Origin: the human T2T-CHM13v2.0 reference genome, Homo sapiens
Direction of reading: 5' to 3'
DNA length: 64,000 nt
NCBI GenBank assembly: GCA_009914755.4
Contig: CP068257.2
Coordinates: 34,112,001-34,176,000, forward strand
A program made the translations under genes and the position numbers. The notes beneath the pieces are model-generated. The model saw only the letters and a list, made by a program, of their open reading frames with translations. It made no database searches and was not told where the DNA came from. Below are positions 1-13,872 of the stretch, in pieces (position 1 is the first letter of the stretch; each line of letters opens with the position of its first letter).

Positions 1-30
1 GAGACTTTGTCTCCAAAAAAAAAAAAAAAA
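1..30 (+). mobile_element. Alu 3' end with poly-A tail (element continues upstream of window)
   Basis: The sequence gagactttgtctcc followed by A16 matches the Alu 3' terminus (GAGACTCCGTCTCAAAAA). Confidence 0.7.
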
Positions 31-920
31 CAGATTATCCTTTTAGTGCTTGAAAGTGCTCTGCCCTTTAAAAAATATACCTTACAGAGACTAGAGACAT
101 ATAACTAAATACAATCTTAGACTGAGTCCTTATTGAAGGAAAAAAAGTGTTATAAGTACATTGTTGGGTCAATTAACAAAACTGGAATATGGACAGTAAA
201 TAAGAGTATTATATTGAGGCAAAATTTACCAAAGTTGATAAGCGTACTACAGCTGTGCAAAAGAATAAATATTCCTAGTCTTAGGAAATACACTCTGAGG
301 GATTTAGGGGTAAAGGGCCATGGTGTACGCAACTTGCTTGCAAAGGAGACAAATATATTTTTTCTATGTTATGCATACATGTATATGTGTATGTATGGAA
401 AGAGAGAGCAAATGATAAAGCCAATGGAATAAAATGTCCACAACAGGTGATTCTGGATAAAGGGTATTTGTTGTGCTTCTCAATATTTTTACTATTGCAA
501 TTTTTCTGTAATTTGAAATGAGTTCCACACTAGAAGTTTAACAAATATACACCTTACAGTTTGAAATTATGTTTTAAAGAAAAGTTGGAAAGCGGAGAGA
601 CAAAAGGGGGAAAAAAACAGGTAAAAAATTAATTTCGGGAAAATAATTATCCACACATCTAGGTGGCTTCTTCCCATCTTCTGAGACAGGTCAGCATCAT
701 AGATGCCTACTGTACTCCAGTCCTCAGCCTCATTCTTATCTCTCCAGTCTTCCTGATCAGGAAATAGCTTCAAAGGTCAGCCAGGTTGGCTCAAAAAATC
801 CACAGACAAAATGGGTGAAAATGAGTATCTTGGAAATGGTGTGTTGCATCCTCTTGGTCCTGAGCACTCTGCCTCCTCGTGCTGCTCCTGGAGCCACCAC
901 TGAATCAGGCAAACACATTT

Positions 921-1262
<342 letters not shown>

Positions 1263-1656
1263 CATTTCTATGCCAGACCTCTAGGGGGAACTCCTTGGGA
1301 TTGACGCTCAAAGGCATGAAGCTTTGAATTTCTCTCTCAATGTTACAAAACTTAAAACCCCCTTCGAAATAGATGGCTACGCTGCAGACCAAGGTACTAA
1401 ACAATATTTTATTATAACAATAATCATTAGTGATGTCAATTGAGAAAAATGACAACACAAGTCTCAATCATTTTAGGAAGTTTATTTGCCAAAGGTAAGA
1501 ATGCGAGCCTGGGAGACAGGTCTATGCCTTTCTCCAAAGATGATTCTGAGGGCTCCAAATTTAAAGGGGAAAGGGCAGGATATTGCAAAGTACACAATTT
1601 TCACGTAAGAGGGGGCTAGGAAAAATTAGTCATTCGTGCCTTTGTCTGGCTCAATA

Positions 1657-1775
1657 AATCTGCATTTTTTTTATGTAAGATGACATAGACAAATAAGGCA
1701 GAGGAAAAAGGCAGGCAATCTGCATTTTACATAAGATAACATAGACAAAATGGGGCAGGGAAATAATCAGATAGG
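1657..1775. repeat. local tandem duplication, ~60-bp unit x2
   Basis: The block aatctgcatttt..taagat.acatagacaaa...ggcag occurs twice head to tail, starting at 1657 and 1717. Confidence 0.6.
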
Positions 1776-2091
1776 CATTTGGGTCAGTTGGGCAGGAGGA
1801 TGGCTGCACCTGTAAAGATAAGCTATCAATTTGCATTGCCATGGTGAAATTTTAACAGAAACACCTTAGAGTAAAGATCTTGCAGCTCACCAGGAATTTA
1901 CTTGTAGGCAAAATATGGGGGAGACATGTAGCTTTTCATCTTGTAGCCATCTTATTTAGGAATGAAAAACGGGGAGGCAGGTTTGGGTGACCCCGTCCCT
2001 AGCTCCACTTTTCCCTTTGGCTTAATGAGTTTGGGGTCCCAAGATTTAATTTCCTTTCACAATATCATTCTATTCTAAGCCACTGAAATGT

Positions 2092-2280
2092 GTTAACTCA
2101 TTTAATCCTCACAACAACCTTGTAAGAGAAGTATATGATTACTTCCAGTTTATAATACAAATGAAGAAATCAAAGCCCAGACAGAATAAGTAACTTGCCC
2201 AAGGTCATGCAACTGGTAAGCCACTGAATTTGAACCCAGGAAATTTGACTTCAAAGACCACATTCTTAATTACCACACTC
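2092..2280 (-). mobile_element. MIR (ancient tRNA-derived SINE) fragment
   Basis: The stretch catttaatcctcacaacaacc..aatgaagaaat..agtaacttgcccaaggtcatgcaactggtaag is the reverse complement of the MIR core. Confidence 0.7.
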
Positions 2281-2949
2281 AACTTCTCAACTGCACCATC
2301 CTAAGACCCAGACATCAACCTTCATCTGTTAGCCAGTTAGAACAATTCAAATTATCCTGGTTGAGTGGCCTGGATGTCACTACAGATGCGATATTGCCTT
2401 TGTTTACAATCCCATTGTCTAAGCTTCATAAGGCAAACCCCTATTGAAAAGTCAAGTTTACTCCATGGTTGCTATTAAATTTCTGGGGCCATGTTCAGCA
2501 TTTGTTCTTTTCACCCCCGTCAAATGAACTGGATAGACTAAGCAACTAATTGATTTTCTCCATAAAATCTTCAACAATTTTCTCATAACCCAAAATGATC
2601 TCTCCCCTCTAAATCCATTATGAATCATCAGGTGGTGTTCGGCTTCCATAACAATAGACAATGTGCCATTTCCTTGCACATAATCCCTGGGTGGCAGGAC
2701 CTAAGATTTGTTCGGTTGGCTTAGCTCATACTTCACATAGATTCTGATCAAGAAATCTATTTTCCCCTCTCTGGGAAGCAGGAGATCCACGGCTGGCTTT
2801 CATGGAAAACAAGCAACCACTTATCTCATGGGCTTTCCAGTCTCAAAAGAAAGCCCCACAGCTATAATAGGGAGGGTGCTGTAGTAGAGGTTATAGAAGT
2901 AGTAGTAGTAATAGTCTCATAGCACCAGTAATAGGCGTAGTGGCTAACA

Positions 2950-3135
2950 TTTCACCAAGTATCAGGTCCGACTTTAAATACTTTACCTCATCACATCCCT
3001 ATGATGTAAGTACTGTCGTATCCCATTTTATAAATGAGAAGGCTGAGGCACAAAATAAGGCAGGTATGTGGGCCCTTGGAAAGTCAGATTTTGCAGCCAC
3101 CTTGTATTGGTCAGACAGTCTTACCACTGTAGCAA
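2950..3135 (-). mobile_element. MIR fragment
   Basis: The motif tcccattttataaatgagaaggctgaggcacaaa resembles the MIR core (ccccattttacagatgaggaaactgaggcacagag) in reverse orientation. Confidence 0.5.
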
Positions 3136-4016
3136 ACAACCCCACTTCTCAGTAGTGTCACCTAATGAAGATTCATCCCCCAGTCATAGCACAGTCTGAT
3201 GAGATACTCAGCAGCATCCTTCCACAAGGTGATTCAGAAGCCCTGGGCCCTCCCTCCTAGAGGCTCCATCATCCTCTGGTCTTTGGAGTTCTCCGTGGAC
3301 CATGTCCAGTTGACAGAGAATAAGGAGGCCTGAAATATGGTCTCCTGTGTGATCAAGAGAAAAATGAACACATTGATGAACACACGGTATGCTCTCAGAG
3401 CAATCTTAGAAGCGTGGGTCACTTAGGGACAGAGGATAGACAGCAAGAGAAGAATGCTGGCCCCGACCACCTCTCCAGTGTGAATGCCACCTTCCCTCCC
3501 TCACCGTTCCCCAAGCAGAGAACCAACATTCACACAAATCGGATTATGACTTCTCGTGTTTTCAAGAACGGTCAGTCCTCTGAGTCTTCCAGGCCAGAGT
3601 CTCCCTCCACAACTAAACGCAGAAGTGGGGTGGAATAAAGGACAGAGGTACGTGAACTTTCTCTGACTCACCTGGGCTTCGGCCGGAAATAAGCAAAGTG
3701 CTGATACCTGACGTAGCCGTGACCTGGGCAAGGTATTGTTTCACATGATCCTGTTCCTGAGTGCTTAGGCAAGGCTCGACCAGCCTGAGTCTCACTCTGG
3801 CTCCTACCACACCTTGTTTATTAAGTCATAAAACTTTCATGAAGTTAAGCCAGGCATAGCGGGGCTCATCTGACTACAGCTACAAGCCTCCAGAAGAGTG
3901 CTGGCACTAAGACAGACATTTGTCGAAGGGTGACTACCTCTCTGCTTGCCATTCAATTATGTCCTGTTTGTTATGAATTTTATTTGATTCCTCCATCAGA
4001 ATTTCCTTTCCAATTA

Positions 4017-4523
<507 letters not shown>

Positions 4524-4676
4524 TCAATGTTTTCTTTTTTTAAAAAAACTTTTGAGTCAACGTAACTTTTTCCCTGACTGTTTTGTTCCTTGATGTTCTT
4601 GCCTTTACCTGGTGTCAAAACCCATCTGTGAGCACAGTTAGATAAGGCTTCTCATTGTTCTCAGGGTGCATAAAAT

Positions 4677-4770
4677 CCCTCTCCCTCCCTTCCTTCTCTC
4701 CCTCTCCCTGTGCCTTTCTCTGGCTCTCTCTTTTTCTGCCTACCTCATCTCTACCCTTCCTCCTTCCAGA
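4677..4770. repeat. polypyrimidine (CT-rich) low-complexity tract
   Basis: The sequence ctccctcccttccttctctccctctccctgtgcctttctctggctctctc is about 90% C/T on the + strand. Confidence 0.8.
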
Positions 4771-5119
4771 AGCTTTCAAATACAAATTGAGAAAGAAGAA
4801 AACTCCCCAAATAAAACTATACAAGCAAATCCATTCGGCATAATATCTGTGTCATTCTGTATGAAAATCATTAGGTAAGTGTGACCTGAGAGAATTAGAG
4901 AAAATAAATAGGAGCAACTAGAAACCAATGCACCTGGTATAACTAATAAAGAAAACATGAGACTTTTAGTGAAAGGAGTTAAATAAGACCACTGAAAGTT
5001 GATGTGATAGGAACCACATCAGGACTAAGCACCTTTTAAATAAACTAATCCTGCACTTTAGGAAATCAAAACTACAGCTGGCAGTATCCAGTTCACATCA
5101 CTGTGCTGACTGCCTACCA

Positions 5120-5745
5120 AAATGAGGTTTTGTGTTCCCATGTATATCCCACTCACAATAGCAAAGATATGGAACCACCCTAAGTGTCTATCAACAGATG
5201 AATGGATAAAGAAATGGTGGTATATGTACAAAGTGGAACACTATTTGGCCACGAAAAAGAATAAAATCCTGTCATTTGCAGTAACATGGATGGAACTGGA
5301 AGTCATTATGTTAAGTGAAATAACCCAGGCTCAGAAAGATGAATATTGCATGTTCTCACTCATAGGTGGGAGCTAAGAAAAGGGGAGCACATGGAGGTTG
5401 AGAGTGGAATGATAGATACCAGAGACTGGGAAGGGTGTGTGGGTGGGAGGCGGGGGCATGAAGAGGGGTAGGTTAATGGGTACAAACATACAGTTAGATA
5501 GAAGGAATAAGTGCTAGTGTTCCATAGCAGAGTAGGGTGGCTACAGTTAACAACAGTGTATTGTATATTTCAAAATAACTAGAAGGGAGAACGAAAATGT
5601 TCCCAACACACAGAAATGAGAAATACTTGGGTGATGAATATACAAAAACCCTGACTTGATCATTTCACATTTATGCATGTCATAAAATTTCACATGCACC
5701 CCATAAATATGTACAAATATAATATATTGATAAAATAAAGTGAGT
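5120..5745 (+). mobile_element. L1 (LINE-1) 3'-end fragment, older primate subfamily (L1PB/L1MA-like)
   Basis: Matches the L1 ORF2 C-terminus and 3'UTR: cacaatagcaaagatatggaacca, gaatggataaagaaatggtggtatat, tcatttgcagtaacatggatggaactggaag, and atgttctcactcataggtgggagctaa. It ends in A-rich aaaataaag. Confidence 0.85.
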
Positions 5746-6372
5746 GCTATGTTACACACTGGGGTTGGAGGGCTAAATCAGAAGTGATCTCTGCCCTTGA
5801 GGAGGGAGTCAGACTAAGGGTTCCCCTACAAGATGGTCAACGTGATGACAGACACGCAGGAAGAACAGAGGACTGTACTTCAATGTCCTGGGGACAGGGA
5901 TGGGATCTGGCATATGTAAGAGGAAACAGCCAACCTCAGGTGTAAGCAGAGTAGAATACAAGAGAGAAATAATTAGCAGAAGGTTTGCCAAGATGTCACG
6001 GGGGAAGTATGTGGATAGAACAAAGGCCGGGGGAACGGGGGAATGTGTGGAAGAAGAGTCTGGCCTGATGTAACTCAGAGGCCACGCAAGAGGCACGGAG
6101 CAGGCGAACTTTCACCTGCTGACTGTTCTAGAAAGCAGCACATCTGAGGCGTTCTTCACTCTCTTTGGTGATAACTTCTTCTATCCGAATGTAGAGGAGA
6201 CCATGAGAAATGCTACCTAGGATGAAGTTCTGATTAACCAAGATAAACCATCTCTGGGAGAGTAGAAGTGGCAGAAATACAGAAGAAAGCTTCTACCATC
6301 ACCTTGGAGTTTCACAGCCAGGCAGGAGAGTGAATTTGAAAAAGGCTAAAGAAAGCTCAGAAAAAAAATTAC

Positions 6373-6690
6373 GGCCAGGTGTGATGGCTCACGCCTGTAA
6401 CCCCAGAACTTTAGGAGGCCGACACGGGCAGATCACTTCAGATCAGGAATTGGATACCAGCCTGGCCAACCATGGTGAAACCCCCCCTCTACTAAAAATA
6501 CAAAAATTAGCTGGGTGTGGTGGCATGCACTTGTAATCCCTAGCTACTCGGGAGGCTAAGGCATGAGAGTTGCTTGAAACTGGGAGGCGGAGGTTGCAGG
6601 AAGCTGAGATAACACCACTGCACTCCAGCCCGGGTGACAGAGTGAGACTCCATCTCAAAAATAAATAAATAAATAAAAAATAAAAAATAA
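6373..6690 (+). mobile_element. Alu (SINE) with (AAAT)n tail; upstream member of a tandem Alu pair
   Basis: Runs from ggccaggtgtgatggctcacgcctgtaa to gagactccatctcaaaaataaataaataaataaaaaataaaaaataa. Confidence 0.95.
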
Positions 6691-6985
6691 GGCCAGGCAC
6701 GGTGGCTGACACCTGTAATCCCAGCACTTTGGGAGGCCAAGGCAGGTGGATCACAAGGTCAGGAGATCGAGACCATCCTGGCTAACACGGTGAAACCCCG
6801 TCTCTACTAAAAATTTTGAAAAATTAGCCAGGCGTGATGGTGGGCGCCTGTAATCCCAGCTACTCGGGCGGCTAACGCAGAAGAATGGCATGAACCCACG
6901 GGCGGAGCTTGCAGTGAGCGCAGATCATGCCACTGTACTCCAGCCTGGGTGACAGAGCAAGACTCCGTCTCAAAGAAAAAAAAAA
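6691..6985 (+). mobile_element. AluY/S-like element inserted directly at the tail of the preceding Alu
   Basis: Begins ggccaggcacggtggctgacacctgtaatcc, contains gagatcgagaccatcctggctaacacggtgaaaccccgtctc, and ends in a poly-A tail at 6985. The flanks gaaaaaaaattac and gaaaaaaaaaatattac are similar. Confidence 0.9.
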
Positions 6986-7337
6986 TATTACATAGACTTC
7001 CATGGACAAAGTCATGAGAAACGAAGACAATTCAAGAGAAATTCAAGGCTCCAGAAAAGTGAAATTGGTTGTAGTGATACAGTCAGAAATAATGCCTATA
7101 TGACTACTTAAAAACATCTTGCATTAAAAACATTTTAGAAATTATTAATAGAAAGTTATAAAAATGAAATTAAAATCACTCACAATTTCATTAACCGGAA
7201 GTTTTTTCTCCAATAAATACACTTAAATTGGAAAATAGTATAAACAGTACATCCTACTTTTCTTTCACTTAGTATAAGAGTATCTGCCATTAATTTAGCT
7301 TTCTTTGAAAAATGTGACTTTTCCAAAAAAATAACAG

Positions 7338-7994
7338 ATCTTGGCGAGGTTGTGGAAAAAACGGAACCTTATACACTGCTGTTGGTAATTTAAATTAGTT
7401 CAACCATTGTAGAAAGCAGTATGGTGATTCCTCAAAGAGCTAAAAGTGGAACTACCATTCAACCCAGCAATCCCATTACTGGGAATACACCCAGAGGAAT
7501 ATAAAGCATTCTACCATAAAGACACATGCATGCCAATGTTCACTGCAGCACTGTTCACAATAGCAAACATGGAATCAACCTAAATGCCTGTCAATAACAG
7601 ACTGGATAAAGAAAATGTGGTACATATCCACCATGGAATATTATGCAGACATAAAAAAGAATGAGATCATGTCTTTCGCAGGAACATGGATGGAGCTGGA
7701 GGCTATTATCCTTAGCAAACCAACACAGAACAGAAAAGCAAATACTGCATGTTCTCACTTGTAAGTGGGAGCTAAATGACAAGAACTTGTGAATACAGAG
7801 AAGGAAATAACAGACACTGGGGTCTACTTGAGGGGGAGGGTGTGATGAGGAACAGGAGCAGAAAAGATAACTATTGGGTACTGGGCTTAATACCTGGGTG
7901 ACACAATAATAGGTACAACCAACCCCCATGACACGTTTACCTATGTAACAAACCTTCACATGTGCCCCCAAACCTAAAATAAAAATTAAAAAAG
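7338..7994 (+). mobile_element. L1 (LINE-1) 3'-end fragment (L1PA-like)
   Basis: Contains ttcaaccattgtagaaagcagtatggtgattcctcaaagagctaaaagtggaactaccattcaacccagcaatcccattactgggaatacaccc, then ccaccatggaatattatgcagacataaaaaagaatgagatcatgtc and atgttctcacttgtaagtgggagctaa. It ends in aaaataaaaattaaaaaa. Confidence 0.9.
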
Positions 7995-10741
7995 GAAATG
8001 TGTCTTTTCATAGCTGTGAATGGTGTCCATTATATGGATGTTAGACAATGATTTTAGCACTTCCTTATTGCTGGAAAGAGGTCATTAATAATTTATTGAC
8101 ATGATAAATAACACCATGATGAACATCTTCAAGGCTTTTGCTATTCCTTCACAACAGGGTGGGCTCTTCCTCAGCTCCTATGTGAATATGGATTGCTGAT
8201 GTTCTTACTTGGACTGCTGTGAAAATATTCCTGGCTAGCTAACGCACTTGTCTAAGGAAAATACTACAGAGCTTACTTTTCAGTTATCCTTGATAATAGA
8301 GGGAAAAGGAGATGAAAACAGGCGCTATTTCATCTACTTTCTGCTTGGCCTAAAAATGCATGGGAACAGCTCCAGAGAATTCCCAGACACCGTGGGTGGC
8401 TCTGAGGGGCTATTTTTATAATAACTAATTTTGTTCATTTTCTTTTATGCCAATCAGAAGTTTGGCCAGTGAATCTTCCCCCACCCTCCTCATTCTAGTC
8501 TCTATAAAACAGATTACTTTTTCTTTATACATACCACACACATAGGAAGGGAGAAATACACAAGAGATGGAAATGCAACTAACTTTGTCCGGGCTCTGCA
8601 AGTTGTTCATGAAATTACAAAGCCAAGGGAAAAAATAAAAACACTGTTGGAAGAGAAGCCAGAACTCTGAGCTGAAGCATTGGCTTGTGTGTTACAGCAG
8701 AAGCCTGCATGTGGTCGACGGTTAGAGAAGACAGTAGCCATGGGGTCAAGAGGACAGATGGGCATGGGCAATCCAGGAAGCCGAGCCTGTGGTCAGTGGC
8801 CTGTGGGGAAGCTGAGACTGTTTTTGTCCACAGTTGAGTAAGTTTGCTGTTAGAAGAAACTCCTTTGAGGCAGCTTGAGGCCTTCATGAAAAATGCAGCC
8901 TAACCTCTAAGGAATAATGTCTATGATGGGTCTCACGAAATCTGCAAAGAATTGTTGAGCAACTTTAAAGGCTGGTGTCCTGCACTGCCTGCCAAGGGTA
9001 AAGCCGGTGGACCTGTGTATCTCACAAATCTCAGAAACAGCTGATTCTTTAGAGCCCTGTTCAAATGAAAATACTCCCAGAGGTCTTGCGACTAGGCTGC
9101 ATTGCTCACCACTCAGACGGGAGCCTTCCATGAGCAAAGGAGAGACACAACTTTACAATGGCTCCAGCTGCAAGGAACTGCATTTTTTCAAGAGCCAGAT
9201 GTGTTTCTCCAGATAACACACTGTCCTCCCTACTGGAAGCTCCAGAGAACTCCAGGAGGAGAAGGAAGAAGAGGCTTTAAAAATGTCTAGCCATGCAGTG
9301 AGTCACCAAGCAGCTCTTCGCCTTGTTGTTCTCTCTTTCCTAATGTCACTAAGGTCACCTCTGAACAGAAGAACACCCATTGGGGGCCCATGGAGGAGAG
9401 AGCGTCCTGGGGAGCGCAAGTAGGCTCCTGGCTGCAGCCGGGGAAGAGGAAGGCGGTGAAACGAACAGGCTCAAGTAGCAGCCTGCTCTTGGCAGGAGCT
9501 ACTGCTAATTTTCCTTGGCTGGCTCTGACTACCTGTCTGAAAGCAATGCAATGCAGGAAGGAAATTTTTCAAGAGATTAAACTATTATTGTTTCCTGTGT
9601 GGCTGTCTTCACTGGTGTATGAAAAAAAAAAAAGGCTTTAAGAGCACTTGAAAAGAGATTTGTCTGAATAGCAGGGTGGTTGTGATTCATCCCCCCCTCC
9701 AGTCGGGATTTGGCCAATTTCCTCAGGAAAGTGGTCGATTAGGACCCATGGATTTATCCGTGGCCTAAATATAAGATGTCATAAAGGTGATTAATGGTAA
9801 GCTCACCATCAGAGGGAGTTAAGAGTTTATAAAAGCTATTTTTAACAGGTTGGAAGGTGAAAAAAACTCATTTGTCCTGTTGCCAACATGTTTCAATGGT
9901 TAAAAACCTCTTTGTAGGCCCTGATAATTCATGCTACCAACTGTTAAAGGTCGTTGTATTTTCTGATTTTACAAGTTTGTTTGAAAAATTGATTCACTGT
10001 GTTTGGCTGTTTATATAAAAGCAATGAGGGGGAAGGAAAAGACCACGTTATTTCCACCATGATTAGCGATTGCTGCGCGTGGTGACACTTCAGTACAAGA
10101 GCCTTGTTTCTTCTTTCCACCCCGCCTCAGGGGAGAAAAGGGGCCTTTCTGTTTATGCTCCTACCACATAAATAGCAACTGATGGAGGGTGTCCCAAGAC
10201 AGTTTTCAGAGCCCAAACAAAATTAGCCTGAGGTTCCCAAATCAGGGAAAATTGCAGTAGTTCAGAAAATGGAAGATGGCATTGATGGCTCCTAGCAGTG
10301 TCCAGTGTGGTTCCTTTGGGTCACGTCACCCAGAGATGCTCCAAAATGTTACTTCATTCTGACGGTAATTCCATAAACAAAGCATCCCTTTAAAATATGA
10401 CATCTTCTTCCCAGTCACAAACTAATCACCTTTGTTTAAAGGAACATATCTGACCCACTTCTTCTCAGAAAAGCTGAATTTCCTATAAAGTACCTACCAA
10501 ATTATCTAAAATGTGCATTTAACATTGGCAGAAGAATATGGTCATACACTAATGAATAGTTGCCGAATACAAAAGGTTGTCACTGATGTCTAGATATTTG
10601 GATGTTTCATGGATGGTAGAAACATGAAGTCCATTCTTCAATGCGTATGGCATGGAGTGGGATGTGGGGAAGGGCTAATTATTGAAATATAATCAATTGC
10701 TATCAACAATTTTGAGTTACTGGCAAAAATAGATAAAATAC

Positions 10742-10905
10742 TTTTTTTTTTTTTTTTTTTAAAGAAACAGGGTTATGCTCCACCTCCCAGGCTGGAGTGG
10801 AGTGGCACAATCATCACACACTGCAGCCTCAAACTCCTGGGCTCAAGTGATCCTTTCACCTTGGCCTCCCAAAGTGCTGAGATTACAGGCATGAGCCACC
10901 ATGCT
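10742..10905 (-). mobile_element. Alu with ~130-bp internal deletion
   Basis: A T19 run is followed by an Alu right-arm terminus (caggctggagtggagtggcacaatcatcacacactgcagcctc). This is joined directly to left-arm sequence (aaactcctgggctcaagtgatcc...ggcctcccaaagtgctgagattacaggcatgagccacc). Confidence 0.8.
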
Positions 10906-12279
10906 AGCGAAGATAAGATACTTTCTTATGATTCTTGCAATATTTTGAAAGATGACACCAATCAACATGATACAGTACAGGGTATTCCTTGATTAATTCA
11001 TAAACATTATAGGACAGTCTAATGTGCCAAGTATACTCACAACTAGAGAGGCAAATATGAATAAGACTTCAATGAGCTCCACAGGAAGCCTGGTAGATAG
11101 AGAAGTCTCTTACAACAGAGGGAGATAAGAGATATGATCATATGTATATATGCACTCCTTCCCTGGGAGTCAGAGAGGGGTAAAATTTTTTCTCCTAGAT
11201 TGCCAAAAGTAGAGACAATAAGAGCAATAATAGCTAACTAGAAGCTTCTGTTTTAGGGTGCAACATAAAAGCTCCAGGAATGGCTTTTTCTGATATCTCA
11301 TTGTCCTGAATTTACTCTGACCACCACACCTAGCTGCAAAGGAGGCGGGAAAATGCAGTTTCTCTCTGAGCAGCCATTGCCACCTGAAGGATAGAGTTTC
11401 TATTACCAAAAGGAAGAAAGGAAAGACAACTCTGGGGAACAGGTAGCAGGTTGTGCACGTCATTTTAAACTATTGCCATGTAGGAGTCGAAAAGGAACCA
11501 TAACATCAGAAAATAGCCATCAGCACGACCGTTTCTGTTGAGTGTGCAAGGCATAAGGCCATGTACTCTACAGCCTGCAACAAAAGGTAAGGCATTTTCT
11601 CATTTTTTGCATTAAAATTGTTTATAATCATTTACTATTTTATAACAAATATTTATAATAATGTTTCATTTATTTTCTCATCAAAAGAGAGAGCAATACA
11701 AGCTGTATGAGTTTTGTTCAAAAAGTAGTAGAGAATTTAAGAGCAAGGAGAAGGAAAGGAGATGAAATAAGCTTTGAGTCAGCAGACTCATGGAAAGATA
11801 GCAAAAGCAAGAAAGATCATCCAAATCAGAGTTAGCTGTTGTGATGGGCTGTTTCCTCAGTCATCTGTGAGCCCTGTCAGTGGAGGTTGTGTTTTATTTA
11901 TCTTTGTGTGCTGAGCGCCCAGTAGGGCTCATTTCCTGGCATTTGATTATGCTAAAGTGAGGGAAAGAACACTTTATTGGCCTTTAAATAATGAATAGAA
12001 TGCACTAAGGGCTATCACAGAAGAGCCATTTGACCTTGACCTCACAATCACAGGGTCTCAAATTTTAACTTTCAAGACACTTATATGACATATATAGATG
12101 ACACGCATAGTTGAAAGATGATGATATTCATCATATAACTTTGATTTCCTGTGTTATTACCAGGCCACACCACATGTTATACACAATAAATTGGTTTTTA
12201 TAAACCCTATAAATATCTTGTGCCCAACACCATTATCCTGAGTTGAACAGTTTGTCTTTAGGTTAAAAAGAATTTGTTT

Positions 12280-12610
<331 letters not shown>

Positions 12611-12645
12611 TTATTTTGGCTTTTTTTTTTCTTCATCTTTTTTAA

Positions 12646-13076
<431 letters not shown>

Positions 13077-13570
13077 TAAATGCAAGTGCCCTGAAAGCCC
13101 TCTCTTCATTTGTCCCATTTAGATTTGTGAACTGGGCTTCCCTCCCTTTCCCAGGTGAAGTCACTAGGTTCAGGCAATTCCCTGGCCCTTTCCATCCTTC
13201 ATAATTGCTACTCTTAGGCTCAGTACTCTCACTGGGCCTCAAGATAGTCAGGCTGGGACCCTAGCTTCTGGCTCAAAAGCAGGTAAACCAGGAAATAAAG
13301 AAAGTTTAGATGGACACAGTCCCCAGTTTCCTCCCTCCCCCAGGAGTGCCTATGTGGACATTACAGTGTTTGGGAGCACCTACAACACTCCCCATTCAAA
13401 CTTGATAAATACACACTTAACTAGATCCAAATCCCAAATCTTATACAAAGAACTTAAATGCAAGCAATCTCTAAATGAATTTACTAAAAACATGTGATTT
13501 TTTGTTTCATCCTAACCCCCAGGGTTCATTCCTAATTAGAAAGGTCTATAAAAACAATACAATGACAGAT

Positions 13571-13872
13571 GGGCACGGTGGCTCACACTTGTAATCCCAG
13601 CACTTTGGGAGGCCGAGGCGGGTGGATCACGAAGTCAAGAGATCGAGACCATCCTGGCCAACATGGTGAAACCCTGTCTCTACTAAAAATAAAAAAATTA
13701 GTTGGGCATGGTGGCGTGTGCCTGTAGTCCCAGCTACTCACGAGGCTGAGGCAGGAGAATCACTTGAACCCAGGAGGCGGAGGTTGCAGAGAGCTGAGAT
13801 CACGCCACTGCACTCCAGCCTGGGCGACAGAGTGAGACTCTGTCTCAAAAAAAGAAAAAAAAAAAGAAAAAA
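13571..13872 (+). mobile_element. AluY/S-like element
   Basis: Starts gggcacggtggctcacacttgtaatcccagc, contains gagatcgagaccatcctggccaacatggtgaaaccctgtctc, and ends in an A-rich tail aaaaaaagaaaaaaaaaaagaaaaaa. Confidence 0.95.

Noticed and set aside
7591-7971. 126-aa ORF on minus strand
   Set aside because: It is antisense to an L1 3'-end fragment (7338-7994), so it is a translation of repeat sequence.
5120-7994. Two same-orientation L1 3' ends (5120-5745 and 7338-7994) as pieces of one interrupted L1
   Set aside because: Both fragments cover the same region of the L1 consensus (ORF2 C-terminus plus 3'UTR). They have different divergence levels and each has its own A-rich end, so they are independent insertions.
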